Shown here piece by piece: positions 37,085 to 49,490 of a stretch of DNA of 64,000 nt. This DNA comes from Anthoceros angustus. Taxonomy: Eukaryota; Plantae; Anthocerotophyta. The stretch's first letter is position 1, and each line of letters begins with the position of its first letter. Where the stretch lies: NCBI GenBank assembly GCA_010909165.1, contig MU008206.1, positions 62,001 through 126,000 on the forward strand, in the 5' to 3' direction. Below the pieces are notes generated by a model. That model saw only the letters and a program-made list of their open reading frames with translations. It was not told the DNA's origin and did not search any database. A program made the position numbers and the translations under genes.

Positions 37085-40000
37085 TTACCCTTGGCATGGA
37101 TCACCATCATCTTGCCGGCGTGGCCACTTCGGCAAATCGGCCATGGTCTCCTCGGCAAGAGATGCCTTCCTCCGCTTGTGTTCACTAAGGATCTTAATCC
37201 TGGTATCTTGGATAACATGATAAGGCACCACGGTAACGCCCCAACTTGAGCTCTCAACTGCTGGCATGAAGTTACTCACTTGGGTATGGTCCTTCAACTT
37301 GACGTAACAAGTGCTCGGGTTTAACCAGATGAGCTTGGTTATTTCCATGCCAAGGCCCGCTAGCCGTGAGAAAATTTCGTGTGCAGGCGGCAAACTATGC
37401 AGTCTGGCTGCAACACGAAAGATGGTGGTGCGATCTGGAATGACATGCTCTCCATTCAAAGGCAAATACGGGATGTCGCTGCTCCTCATAAACAAGCGGT
37501 TCGCGTATTGTTCGACCGAGTGAACGACAACCTGCAAACAGGGGGTCATTGAGAGAGAACTGAATTGACAACAATGCTGAAAAACGACATCGGAATTCAG
37601 AGTCACCTGCGGTTGCTTAAGCTCCTCGGTTAGATGGGTTCCTGGACGAGCCTCTAGAAACTTACTCAACCACACGAAACTGGCTCCCGTTATGAAGGCA
37701 TCGTACCTGAATTCTCCGGCAAATCAAGATGCATACACATATGAGCTCAATTCAGACAGGTAACCCTGAGCTAGATTTCGTTCAAATAACGTGCCCTTGG
37801 TTACTGTGCTGATGTGATACAAGGGGGAAAATGGTGTAGCCGGCTCACTACAGAAAAGTACTTGACCTTGCACAAATGGCCGGCGCCACACTTACCCAGC
37901 TTCATGATTGAAACTCTCGCTTTGATAGCGAGTAAAATCTTTTCCATGGCGAACCCTTGGTGGTTGCAGTTGTTTTATGCAGTTCTCACCTTCCGCATCC
38001 AGCTTAACACCAAGTGAGGATTCAGTCGCTGCGACAATTCCTGTGAAGAAAAACCACGGTTACGCACTGGACTTGGTGTAAGCTCAAAGCCAGAATTACT
38101 AACATTCAGGGGATGCTGGTAGTACACGACCATCCTGCTCCTTCATGTCGGTTGCCCCGGTAGAGGTTATTATGGTGGCTTCTCCAATATCAGCACTTGA
38201 TACTGGAGGAATGTTTGACAGAGCTGTAGAGTTGACTTTAACCACCTTATTCTCACCACTTGTCGGACATTGAAAATTTGACAACACTGTATAAACCTCT
38301 TCCAGGGAAGTTCCTCGTGCGGGCGGGAAGACATTTGGGACCGTCCGTGCAAGATACTTAGTATCATAAACCCCACCAGGGAACAGAGAGATTATCTGTT
38401 TAAAGACCCATCAGACACAGAGGTAAGCATGGACTAAAAAAGAATTTCGAAGAGACATTGAAGTAAGACTGGAGACGTCAGAGAGAAGAACCACCTTCTG
38501 TCCAAATTCTGCAAACGTTGGAGGAAGATGTGAAATGAACTGCTGATAAAAGTAGCAGACATCTGTGAACAAGTTGTGTCCCACAACAGGCTTCTTGCAG
38601 GAAACCAGGAGTTTCACAACATGTCCAAAACCAACGGCACGGAAATATAGCCGCTGCTTCTCCGCAGCCATCTCCGCTTCCTGAGCAGCTATACTGTCAG
38701 CTGATCCCTTTGTGAGCCTCAGACTTGATAACCGTGTTTTCAATTTGGACTGCCTCAAGGCAGAGGTGTATCAGCTTGGCAAAGATGTGGTGGAGAACCA
38801 CCAGCGAGTAGCACTGTCCAACCATAACAGACAAGCAGGACTATGTTCACGAACCTGTAGAACTTCAGCGTAGAAATACTTTTTGCCGTACCGTTTCTCC
38901 AGTTCCTGATACATAACCGCTCGCAGATAGCTGTTACATGGCTCGAGCACAAGCACCTCACAGGTATGGTCAACTGGACAAGACATCTGTCGATGGTCCT
39001 CCTCCGCATCAGGAGGCAGACAGCACGAATCAGCTTGTTGCGGCCCTTGAAGCCAGCATTGAACACGAGCCATTTGCTGCTGAAGAAACGCAAGGTCTGA
39101 CTCATCAGTCAAAACAATAGGCTGTTGCTTTTTGTCCTCAGCTTTCTGCTTGCCTTTGTGGAACTGTTGTTGCTGTGTGAAGGAGAGATAAGGGATCCCT
39201 GCTTGACAAAACATGAAGGGCACACATAAAATAGCCTTGAGGAGTAAGAAAGAATCGTAGCTGACCCACTGATCCTTAGAGTCTGGAGGGACCTGCTCTT
39301 AGCTTCATTCTGTTGCAGTAAGTTCACCTGTCAACAAGTAGAGTGCCTGGGCAGGAAAGCCCATACTCTCTATATAGCTTGCACAGACAACGACAAGAGA
39401 GAACCCTTGTCATAGAAAGGAAAGGGCTCAGCTGACCTGAATATATGAACTTGTTGAAGTCGAAGTTATGATTCTTCAGAAACTCCAAGGACGATGCCTG
39501 CGAAAGGTGCAAGCAGAACGAAAATGTGACATAGTGCGAATTGCGTTCCCAGAAGCACCAGCATTTGCGAAAAACTCACCTGGCTGGTGAAGCGCGAGTC
39601 CCAATTACCATAGCTGTGAGGGAAAACATAGAAATTGAAAGTCTGGGCCGTGTAACAACCCTCTTCATCCAGCTCAAACATTGACAGGCCAAGCTGCCAC
39701 GCGCCAACTTATGTTACACCCGATGAAGATTTGGAAGTCCTAGTCCTAGTCCTAGCCCAGGTCGAGCGCGAGTGGCAGGTACCCTAGTGAGCCCACAACC
39801 AGCTCGACAGGTATGCCCGATTTACACGCCTCAGCGGGAGGTGAGCAGCAACATCACGCAGTACCTGAATGATGAGGAAGCTCTGGGCGGACTGTTTGAC
39901 TCTGGCATATCGCTGTTCAGGGTCATCAAGCACATCTTCCCGCCTGAGGCACGCATGGCGCAGGAATCGGCGCCAATAAGATCCTCCAACCAAGCGCGAA

Positions 40001-40174
40001 CAAGAAAGCAGAATCACATTCGCATCCTCGGCAGCTTGAATGCATTGCAACTGACCCCGGATCGACGGCTTGGATGCCCGTCATTTCAGCGTCCATTGAG
40101 AAGAAGACACACTGGTCGATTGCCTTCTCCACTCTCGGCAGCATTTCCTCGAAGTTCTCGAGGGTCACGTCCAT
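37085..40174 (-). CDS. PARN: Poly(A)-specific ribonuclease (CAF1/DEDD family), multi-exon
   Basis: MDVTLENF..SMDAEMTG, QTFNFYVFP, SSLEFL..FDFNKFIYSGIPYLS, R3H-like LEPCNSYLRAVMYQEL, VVGHNLFTD, YDTKYL, HEAG/YDAFITG, RRM-like tail. GT-AG introns. The 3' end may extend past a donor at ~37088. Confidence 0.9.
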
Positions 40175-40456
40175 GGTGCACGCGCCTGCCCTGCTGAAGC
40201 TGGCAGTGAAGCATCCGACAAGAGATATAGCAGCAACGGAGAGGCTAACAAAGCAGCGGCAGCAGCTCAGAGCCGAATGCCGAATTGCAGTCAGTAGAAG
40301 CGGTCGTTTGAAGCCAGTCCTGCGATCGAAACGGGAGGCAACGAGGAAGCGTGCACTGTACGTCCTGTATGTACATACACATGCACGTGTGTCGCTCATC
40401 AGTCACCGGTAAGCTCTAACAGAATCCAGATATGTAAAAGGATATGTAGCTGCATA

Positions 40457-42510
40457 CAGTCAAACCCCTCTAATTGGGACCCCTATAAATGGAACCCCTT
40501 TAAATGGGACGCCCGGGCTTACTCCCTTGAATGTGCTACGTGCTAAATGGGAAACCTCTCTAATTTGTAAATGGGAACATGTCTCCCAAACATTCAATGC
40601 AAGTACACCTCTGTAAAAGAGAAAATACATATTTAAAAAAAATAAAAAAATTGAGGAAATCGTCTTATCGAGATTAAATCATGAGTTATTGAGATTATGT
40701 CAAGTTAAAGGCTATCGAGATTATATCATAAAACATAGATCATCGAGATTGGGCCTATATATAGTAGTTACATACACTATGCTTTGTGATCAAGCATTGT
40801 TCCTAGTACATAAGTTGTTTACAAGATTGTTGTCTTATGGTGTCGTAAGTTGTGTTATGGTGTTGTAAGTTGTTGTCTTCTTTGTGAGATATTTTGTATG
40901 TGTTCCTTACCCATTCTCTTTGACGTGTAGGAACAATGCCGTCCAAGCCGCCGCGCAAGCATGCTACCCTAACAAAGCAACAAAAGAAAGAGGTTTGCGA
41001 ATATTATGTCCAACACTCTTGCACACTTAAGGAGTTGACTAGATGGACAAGAGAAGTTTTCAATAGCGACTTCTAAAAGTGCATTGTCTAGGATTGTGAA
41101 TGACAAAGACAAATGGTTGGACCCGCCATTGGTCCAACAACTAATATGGCGGGAATGAGGATAGACAATGATGCCCAGTGTTGACCACGGAGTACACGTT
41201 TGGGCTCTTGCAATCCAAGCTCAAGGTGCCACAATTTCAGATGACTTGCTTCGTAAGATGGCTTCCAAATTCCACGAGAGGATTCCTGAAGATGAGAGAC
41301 CAAAAATGACATACCATAGAGGTTGGGTTGCTCACTGGAAGAAAAGGTATAATTTTAAATCAGTTGTCAGACATGGAGAGGCAGGGAGTGTTGACAATAC
41401 AGAAGCAGTGAAGGCAGCTACTAGAGAGCTGCAACTTCAAGTTCTTGATTATGGAGCTGCAAATGTTTTTAATATGGATGAGACTGGTCTTTTCATCAGA
41501 GCACCGCCGAACAAGACACTTGCAACAATGCGTGTTGCAGGACGGAAGCAGTTTAAGGACCGGTTGACAATTGGACTGAGAACAAATGTTGATGGATCTT
41601 GCAAGTTGCCACCTTTTGTGATTAAGAGATATCTTAGGCCTCATGCTTTTTCCGTCAGGAATGTTCAAAATCCCGAGAATTTGAATATTATCTGGTCTGC
41701 AAACCAAAAGGCATGGATGACAATAGAGCTGTTTGAGAAGTTTTTGCTAGATTTTGACCAGAGGATGGTTGCATCAGGGCGGACTAGAGTGTTACTTATA
41801 GTGGATAATTGTCATGGGCATCGGTTTGGTAATGCAGCTCAATTGCAAGTTACAAAGGTGGTTTTCCAATTATCCACTATAAGTAACACTCTAGTCCGCC
41901 CTGATGCAACCATCCTCTGGTCAAAATCTAGCAAAAACTTCTCAAACAGCTCTACTGTCATCCATGCCTTTTGGTTTGCAGACCAGATAATATTCAAATT
42001 CTCGGGATTTTGAACATTCCTGACGGGTAATGGGTAAGAATGGGTAAGGAACACATACAAAATATCTCACAACAAGACAACAACTTACAACACCATAACA
42101 CAACTTACAACACCATAAAGACAACTTGTACAATGAAACAACTTATGTACTAGGAACAATGCTTCTGATCACAAAGCATAGTGTACAGAACTACTACATA
42201 TATAGGCCCAATCTCGATGACTGTCTATGTTTTATGAGATAATCTCGATAGCCTTTAACTTGACATAATCTCAATAACTCATGATTTAATCTCGATAAGA
42301 CGATTTCCTCAATTTTTTTATTTTTTTTAAAAATATATATTTTTTCTTTTACAGAGGTGTACTTGCATTGAATGTTTGGGAGACATGTTCCCATTTACAA
42401 ATTAGAGGGGTTTCCCATTTAGCATGTAGCACATTCAAGGGAGTAAGCCCGGGCGTCCCATTTAAAAGGGGTTCCCACTTATGGGGGTCCCAATCTGAGG
42501 GGTTTGACTG
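40457..42510 (+). mobile_element. pogo/Tigger-like (Tc1-mariner superfamily) DNA transposon, rearranged fold-back derivative
   Basis: TA TSD at 40455-56 and 42511-12. Termini CAGTCAAACCCCTC / GAGGGGTTTGACTG. ~460-bp inverted arms 40457-40917 and ~42037-42510, with repeated AAATGGGA motifs near the ends. Confidence 0.95.
40936..41866 (+). pseudogene. CENP-B/DDE_1-type transposase, truncated before the third catalytic Asp
   Basis: RKHATLTKQQKKEVC HTH, CENP-B HTH GWVAHWKKRY..HGEAGSV, FNMDETGLF, NQKAWMT, LLIVDNCHGH. It breaks at KVVF, where LPxNxTxxLQPxD is expected. Confidence 0.92.
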
Positions 42511-43157
42511 TACATACATACGTATGTAGTCCTCACACCCGGCCCAGGCAGCCCACTGGCCCTGGCCCTGGCCAGTGCCAGCGTGGCAATGTCCCAAGAT
42601 CGGGAACATACAGAGGCCACTTCTTGCGGGCCATGGCTTTCGCGTCTCCCGCGCTGCGCTCGCACGCATTGCAATTGCATCGCATTCCATCCAGCCCAGC
42701 ACATTGAGCTGTGCTGCGCATCAACCTGTCTGGGCTCGCTGGTGTTGTGAAATCGGCCGGCTCTGAGATGCGCAAATGGTGTTCCGCACGATCGCTCATT
42801 ATCCCAATTACTTGAACTACAGCATCAAGCGTCGTCTGCTCTCCAGAAGCCCCAGCTCCAAAGCAAAGTTGTTTGCTGCCAAGGCCAGACGAAAGAGACG
42901 GCCTCGGCCCCGGCCCGAGTGGGATGTAAGTACTGTAACACCATTCTCCTCTCTTCTGCCAGTTAGCCTGGTCAATCTGACGGCTTAACCCAGTGCACGC
43001 CGGCTTGCCCTCAGAGCACCATACACGACTTATCCGTCTACAAGCTGTCTGCGGCAGAGCTGGTCCGTTTTTCCTCGCCATGAGCCTGGTCGTGGAGTTC
43101 TGTGATCCTTTTAAGTCATGCATGCTCAGGCTCAGATCTTCATTCATTTCCTGCGAC

Positions 43158-43217
43158 TAATTGTAATTGTAATTGTAATTGTAATTGTAATTGTAATTGT
43201 AATTGTAATTGTAATTG
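43158..43217. repeat. (TAATTG)n microsatellite
   Basis: About 10 perfect hexamer units ending at a CAG acceptor. Confidence 0.95.
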
Positions 43218-43254
43218 CAGGCAGCTAAGCGGACAATCCACAGCAGTCGAGATT

Positions 43255-46200
43255 ATGGCCCTTCCAAGTTTGGGTATACCAAGTCAGGACATGGTGGGCT
43301 GTGCACAGCTTGCTTGCCAATTACGTTGTTTGTCTGCGCGCTTTGAAAGCTCTGCACGTCCTGCTACTAGCTAACATTGTTGCTTCTGTCTTCACAACAG
43401 CCAAGAACTGACCCCGCAAAATTTGCAGGAACTTCCTCTCCCTCGACGACCTCCACTTCCGACGGGGGATCTCAGTGCAGCGCCCATGGTTATTCTGGAG
43501 TTCATTCTGATAGCGGGAAAGACTGTCAGGCAGACTCAGACTCAGAAGAGGAAACGGAGGGATGCGTTCATAGCTCTGAGCCTGAAACCTCCCATGACTA
43601 CGAGTCTACATCTGAACAAGAGCAGGAGATATCGGGTGATGGGGACTCATCCACTGAGCTCGAGCTTGTCCCAACTGCGGCCGAGGATTCTCAAGTTCAA
43701 AAAGGTTGTTACGCTGAAGGTGGTAGCAAGTCCAGAAAGGATAGTGGAGTTCTGCTTATAGGTAACTTCGGGAGTGGTGTGGATCAAGGTGCAAAGAAAG
43801 GAAGGCGACGTACAAGAAGAAAGCAGAAGGAGACAGAGCCAGCAGAGTGGAAAGCAGCAGTTTGCCAAGCATCTCCATGTGGTTCCCTGAAGCCCACGGG
43901 TAAGGATGTTCCCTTCTCCAAACCTTGTTTACATCAAAAGAATGTAGCATTTCAGGAATACATTTTTGCTCCTTGGTTGTTGTGAGGTCTCCTCACTCCG
44001 AGTATCATTCTCAAAACAGGAAAGGCATTTCCTTCCTTGGCCGACTTCAGGGCATCATACTGCTCTAGTCCTACAATCGACTTTGAGGATGAGATCAAGC
44101 TTTTTGAGTCCCTTCCGAAAACAACCATGGCAAGCCGTCCTCCATCCAAACAAGTGAAAGGAGCATCGAAGGAGAGGTCCGCAAAGCTTGGCCCCTCCTC
44201 AGCCGCTGACCAGGAGGGCAATGGTGCCGTCAGATCCTTGCAGAAGCTAGCTTCCATGCAGCTGGAAGACAGCACTGGTTTAGCGGGTCCACCAGCAAGC
44301 ACAAAGGCGAAGGGATTCATCCGCAATCCCGTGTTCAGAACGGGCTTGGTTGCGTACAAGAGTTCTGGTGAACTGTCAGAGGTGCAAGGGCAGAGAATGA
44401 GGGGAGCCACCAGGACCCTTGTGACAACCAACTCCATCAGACGTATCCAACTGATGAAACCTAAAATTCCGCAACAAGATCTTGAACCACCAGATTGTAA
44501 GGGCTGCAGCAGTCCAGCTGAAGCTCATGAAGTGGGAAGTCAAGCTCAAGAATCAATTAAAAGCGCAGCCCCATATAAGAGCCCCATTCAGGTAGTTCCC
44601 TTCTCCTAATGACATCAGTGGAAAAGTAGCCGGCCATGCCACCACTGATTTGCCGTTTCCATTTAGTCAAAACTGCGTCTCGTATTTCTTGTAGGTTATA
44701 TCGCCAGATGGAGACCAAGTCGAGATAGATCACAAAGGTGGAGACAGCTTGTCTCCAGAAACTTCGCTCAACAAAGACCTCCACCAGGCATGTCGTCAAT
44801 GCCAGATTTGGCTACAGCGAAGTGATGTGGGATAACCAGTTATGACATGCGTCTGTACATGTGTGCAGGAGCTTGAACGACTCAGGCAGCATCACCATGT
44901 TCTCACCAAGGAGGTTGAAGATCTCAAGCGTTGTACAAAACAAGAAATCGAGAGTGTTCAGGTTGCATGCTGTAGTAGTATTCCTAACATGTTACCATTA
45001 TAGGCCTCACCATGCTACTAGCAGGAAGCAAGCTAACTAACGTACCCTGTCCAGGTCGAGCTCCGGAATATGCTGGCAGGCCAGCAAAACTTGAAGTCAA
45101 GCTCACCAGAAAGCACTTGGCATGGCATCGCAGTGACAAGTACAGGACAGTCAGAACAACTTAAAGGTAGAGTGGCCGTGTATGGAGAAGCCAGCACAGA
45201 CAGCGGTTAAAGCTGGCCATCTGTTGGGTGGCAGTCTCACATGGTAGGCTGATGAACATTAATTTCGCGTTCTGACTTGCAGACATGCTCCAGCTACCAT
45301 CACCTTCTCTCTCAGGGCTTGCTACCAAAGGGCGAGATGAAGCTTCTCCGCCCATCCATCGACAGTATTGCGTAGGAGAAGGAGGGGCAGACTTAGGGGA
45401 CAAGAGTTCTGAGACTGTGAGGATGGGCCAGCAGTGTCTGGGCTCACAGGCCTGCATGCCCCAAGATGGACAAGAAAACTCCGGTGCTCCAACTCAGGTG
45501 GTTTTGGCTGCTTGCTTGGCGTTCACCTACTGCATTTGCAATAGTTTACTCAGTTCTGACTTATGCCTGTGCAGCCACGCGAGATCCCTGACTTTTTGTT
45601 GCAACGATTTCAACCTCCGGCGCAAATTCCATCAAAGGAGCCATCGCTTTCTCACGTTGGAAACATAAGCGGATTTGTTTCACAACATACCGCAGGAGTA
45701 AATGAGCAAGGAGGAATGAAGATGAGCGACATAAACCCCCTGTTTTCACCAGTGAGGGACTATGATGGTAATCTCGATTTCTACTGGACATCCAACGTCG
45801 GACAATTTCAACTTTCAGATTCAGGAGCAAGATCTTCCTTCAACGAGCGCACTCGTCACCACAAAGCTATACTGCTGGATTCGGCAAGTAGACATTCACT
45901 GGGAGTGGACAAGTTTGTCAGGTCTTTCGGCAAAAGGGTTGCTGCACATGAGGCTGAGTTCCAGCTAGGTGGTAGCAACTCCTATCTCGGGGATGCCATT
46001 TTGTTGCGTCAGAAGGGTGCACTAACTCCGGGAAAATTTTCCAACCCATTCGAGAATCCCCTGTTTGAAGGTGGCGTCAGCAGACACTTGTTGGACAGGA
46101 AACTTTCCGATTTATCACAGCAGGCGGGAGCAGGGTCCTTGGACAAGGGTGCAGAGGTAATGGACGGTTGCAAGGAAGACGCTCAAACAACATACTCCTC

Positions 46201-46860
46201 GTCGACTCAGACACGGCAAGGGTCAGTTCGTATGGAATGCGTCTCTTCGACACACAACCGGGTTACGTCCAGACAACCGGAGCAATCGAATTCCACAGAC
46301 GGTACAACAACAGGGGCAGCACCAGGGAGAGCTCAAATTTTGTGGAAACATAGACCAAGTGGCACTGCAGCAAATTTTGAGAATTCCAGCAATGCAGGTA
46401 CACGTCTGCTGATGCCCGTTGCTATTGCCCACTCCTGGCATTGGTCGCGTCCAACTGGATCGGAATCATTTGCTTCACTGTGACAGGGATGCTTCAGTTT
46501 CAGAGTACAACTTCAACTTCTCTACAACAAGTAGAGAAGGAGAACATAAACTACTTCGGGAAGAAGACATTTCGAGGAGCACAAACATGGACTGCAGCAA
46601 AAGCCAGTATACTAAGGTCATAAGTGGGCAGAAAGAATGAGAGGGCGGCACCATCTGTCAAGTGCAAAACAGCCTTGGGACACAAGTCAAGTCACTGTCC
46701 TGGCAAGGAAGTACGGAGGAGTAGAGTGACTATGGAAACGATGAGTCAGGTTCACAGACCATATCAGGAAGCTGGCTCGGACGTAAACGAGCTGGCCTCC
46801 CCTTCCTCACGTGTGGCGACGGAAATGATACGATTCGATGGATATAAATCCGCATGTACA
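43255..46860 (+). CDS. Uncharacterised multi-exon Ser/acid-rich protein with a short coiled coil
   Basis: Long open exons 43401-43899, 44020-44591, 45283-45497 and 45575-46397 bounded by GT-AG (first junctions phase-checked). Coiled coil ELERLRQHHHVLTKEVEDLK. Start and end are uncertain. Confidence 0.6.
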
Positions 46861-46898
46861 TACATACATACATACATACATATATACATACATATATA

Positions 46899-46932
<34 letters not shown>

Positions 46933-46960
46933 CATACATACGTACATAAACACATACATA
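46855..46960. repeat. (TACA)n/(TA)n microsatellite
   Basis: About 100 bp of imperfect TACA repeats. Confidence 0.95.
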
Positions 46961-46971
46961 CCTGCCTATCC

Positions 46972-47800
46972 CTATTGCTTTTCTGTTGAAGACTCGTGGG
47001 CTTCTGGGTTATCTGATTTGGATTTCCGGTCGAACCATCCGGCGACAATTGGAGTAAGGGCCACAGTGGGAGGAAATCGGATGGGCGAAGCCGCTTTGTG
47101 TGCGGCATATGCCAAAGCAAATGTGCCCACTTTCTCTCCTGTGGCATCTGCTTGGATCCCGACCTGCAAAGACGACAGAAGTAATAAGTTGGTTGAGGCT
47201 GTGCGCAAGCCACTCCACTATGCCTTACCGCAAGCCCCGCATCTGATGAACAATGAGTTACCTGCGAGAGGAGAGTTGCCACATCGACCCCAGCATTGAC
47301 GAGCACATAACAGAGGCCGAAGGACACCAAGGAGAGGGACACTGAAGTGGCCAAATAAGCACCTCCATATCGTGCAAGCAGCTCCTTGGCCTGGTTCTGC
47401 TTTTTGCCTTTGTCCTCCTCACCAGGCTTGTCCTGGTCCTTGGAAGTGAAGATCTGGTGTCCCATCCCAATCCCAGTCCCAGTGACGACAGTCATGGACG
47501 ATGTGGGGGAGTAAGGAGAACTTGGAAACAGAAAGGCAGGCAGTATACCTTCCACAGGCCAGCCTCCAAGCCGAATTTACGTGTGACAGAGTCGACGTCA
47601 GACGAGTCGGCCTGCTCTTGCCCCCTCTCCTTCTCCTTCTCCTGTGTGGCGGAACACAGGACATACCACCTTGAGCGCTGAGGCATTGAGTGGGAGAGGG
47701 AGAGGCGGCCAGAGAAGGTGGCGGTGGGAGAGGACCGCCATGCGGCCAGGCCATTGCTGCCGCCAACGTTGAAGACAAGGCCGGGGGCAGCCAGCGCCAT
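46972..47800 (-). CDS. DUF1279 (FAM210-like) protein, probably plastid-targeted, 3 exons
   Basis: VTRKFGLEAGLWK | AKELLARYGGAYLATSVSLSLVSFGLCYVLVNAGVDV | GTFALAYAAHKAASPIRFPPTVALTP. Ser/Arg-rich N-terminus. Confidence 0.9.
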
Positions 47801-48110
47801 GATGCCAGGAACTTCTGTTGGAAATTTGGCGTTGATCAATTCACAAACAGGGGGCACTCAATCTCGCTGTATGTAAATTAGGGAGAGGACTGGTGGTGCT
47901 TAAGGCTTAGGGTCGTGCGCTGCACTTCGTGGCCAGACCGAGTCCCAGAGGATAGAAAGAGGAACTCTTAGGCCCCGTCCCGGTGACGTGGCACGTTGTG
48001 GACCTAGAATGCCCTGCCGCGGTGGACGGAACGGGCGTTTTGTGCGACCAGCCGCGCTAAGCGCTGCTCCGGCCGACTGTCTCATCACGTGACAAGGATG
48101 AAGATGTAGG

Positions 48111-49244
48111 ATGGCAGATGATCCAGCCGCCTGTTGCCGGCGAGAGATGGCAGCGGCGGCGCAGGGGCAGGGGCAGGGGCAGGGGCAGGTGCAGGTGCAG
48201 GTGCAGGTGCAGGGGCAGGGGCAGGAGCAGGAGCAGGAGCAGGAGCAGGGGCAGGGCCTTGGCCTGAAGAAGAACCTGTCGTGCCTCCCGCCAGACTGCC
48301 TGGCGCTCGTTCTCGCTTGCACCACGCCCGCCGACGCCTCGAGGCTGGCATGTGTGTGCCACTCCTTCGCGACTGCGGCCAGGTCTGACACCACCTGGGA
48401 GAATCTTCTGCCGTCCAACTATGCTGAAGTTTGTGCGAAGGCCGTGCTGTGCAGCGACAACAGCAGTGCCGCTTGTCCAGAGAATAAGAGGGATGTTGTG
48501 GAGTGGCTGGCCCGCGGGGTGTATCTGGGCACCGGGCTGCACAGATACTTGCTTCTGCCGCTCTCCGGGAGCGTGTGCTTGATGCTGTCTGTTGCAGAAA
48601 TGGATGTGGCTTGGAGGCAGGACGCGCGCTTCTGGAGATGGGAGGAGTCCAGCACCTCCTACTTTCCCAAGGTTGGAGCTCCTCCTCCTCCTCACAGCCT
48701 GCCTGCATCTTATTGCCCACAATTTTGTCCTGCCGTGGAGGCTGAGCCTTGTTTGTTGACGCATGCTTCCGTTTTCCTGTAACAGGTCGCACATTTGCTG
48801 GCTGTCAATTGGCTGGAGATTCGAGGGAAATGGAGTTGCTCCTTGCCCCCCGGACTGTTTTCGCTTGTCTGGCGACTCAAAGTCGCCAATCCCATGGGTG
48901 GCCGTGCGCATTTCCTCTCCTGGAAGCAACCCCTGCGCTTCTCTGCCATCACAAGTGACGGCCAGTATCTCTGCAGGGAGCTTGATTTGGCACAGCCTCC
49001 AAAGAATGGATACCAGGAGTGGTTCGAGTTTGAGGTTGGTCAAATCAGGATAACCGGTGCACGCTTCCAGGTCAAGCACTTCAACTTGGACTTCTTCGCT
49101 AACGAGGTCGACTCTTCGTACTGGAAAGGCGGTCTTTTCCTGGATTGTCTTACCCTCAGACCCACTGTCTGCAAGGACCACATTTACAAGCGCGCCCCGC
49201 ACACAAACTTGAGAAACATGAGGGGCGGACCAGGTGTATTTTAG
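48111..49244 (+). CDS. F-box protein with PP2 (phloem protein 2/Nictaba lectin) domain, 2 exons
   Basis: F-box LPPDCLALVLACTTPADASRLACVCHSFATAARSD..W. PP2 motifs CLMLS..VAW..FWRW..FPK|VAHLLAVNWLEIRG..WFEFEVG..WKGGLFLD. Intron ~48672-48786. Confidence 0.93.
48160..48256 (+). repeat. Coding hexamer repeat (GCAGGN)n
   Basis: Encodes QG/QV/QE dipeptide runs at the F-box N-terminus. Confidence 0.9.
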
Positions 49245-49490
49245 TTATCTCCCCCTTCCAAGTACCTCCTACTTCTTACGTGTAACAGGAACTGGAGCAC
49301 TTCCCCATCTAGTCTTCCCTTCAGCCGACCATGACTCGTGATGGTTGCTTGTTGCTCTTCTAAATACATAACAGGATGTCTTCACCCATTCTTCACATCC
49401 CAGTTAATAATAAACACATTGGTTGCCCCTTGCGGTGCACAACCGACCTGTCTCCAGTGTTCCCCAAGACTACTAGCATCACAAATACAT

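Noticed and set aside
48057-49202. Long antisense ORFs over the F-box gene (and over APP1, 54168-55763)
   Set aside because: These are shadow ORFs caused by GC-rich codon usage and repeats, with no recognisable domains.
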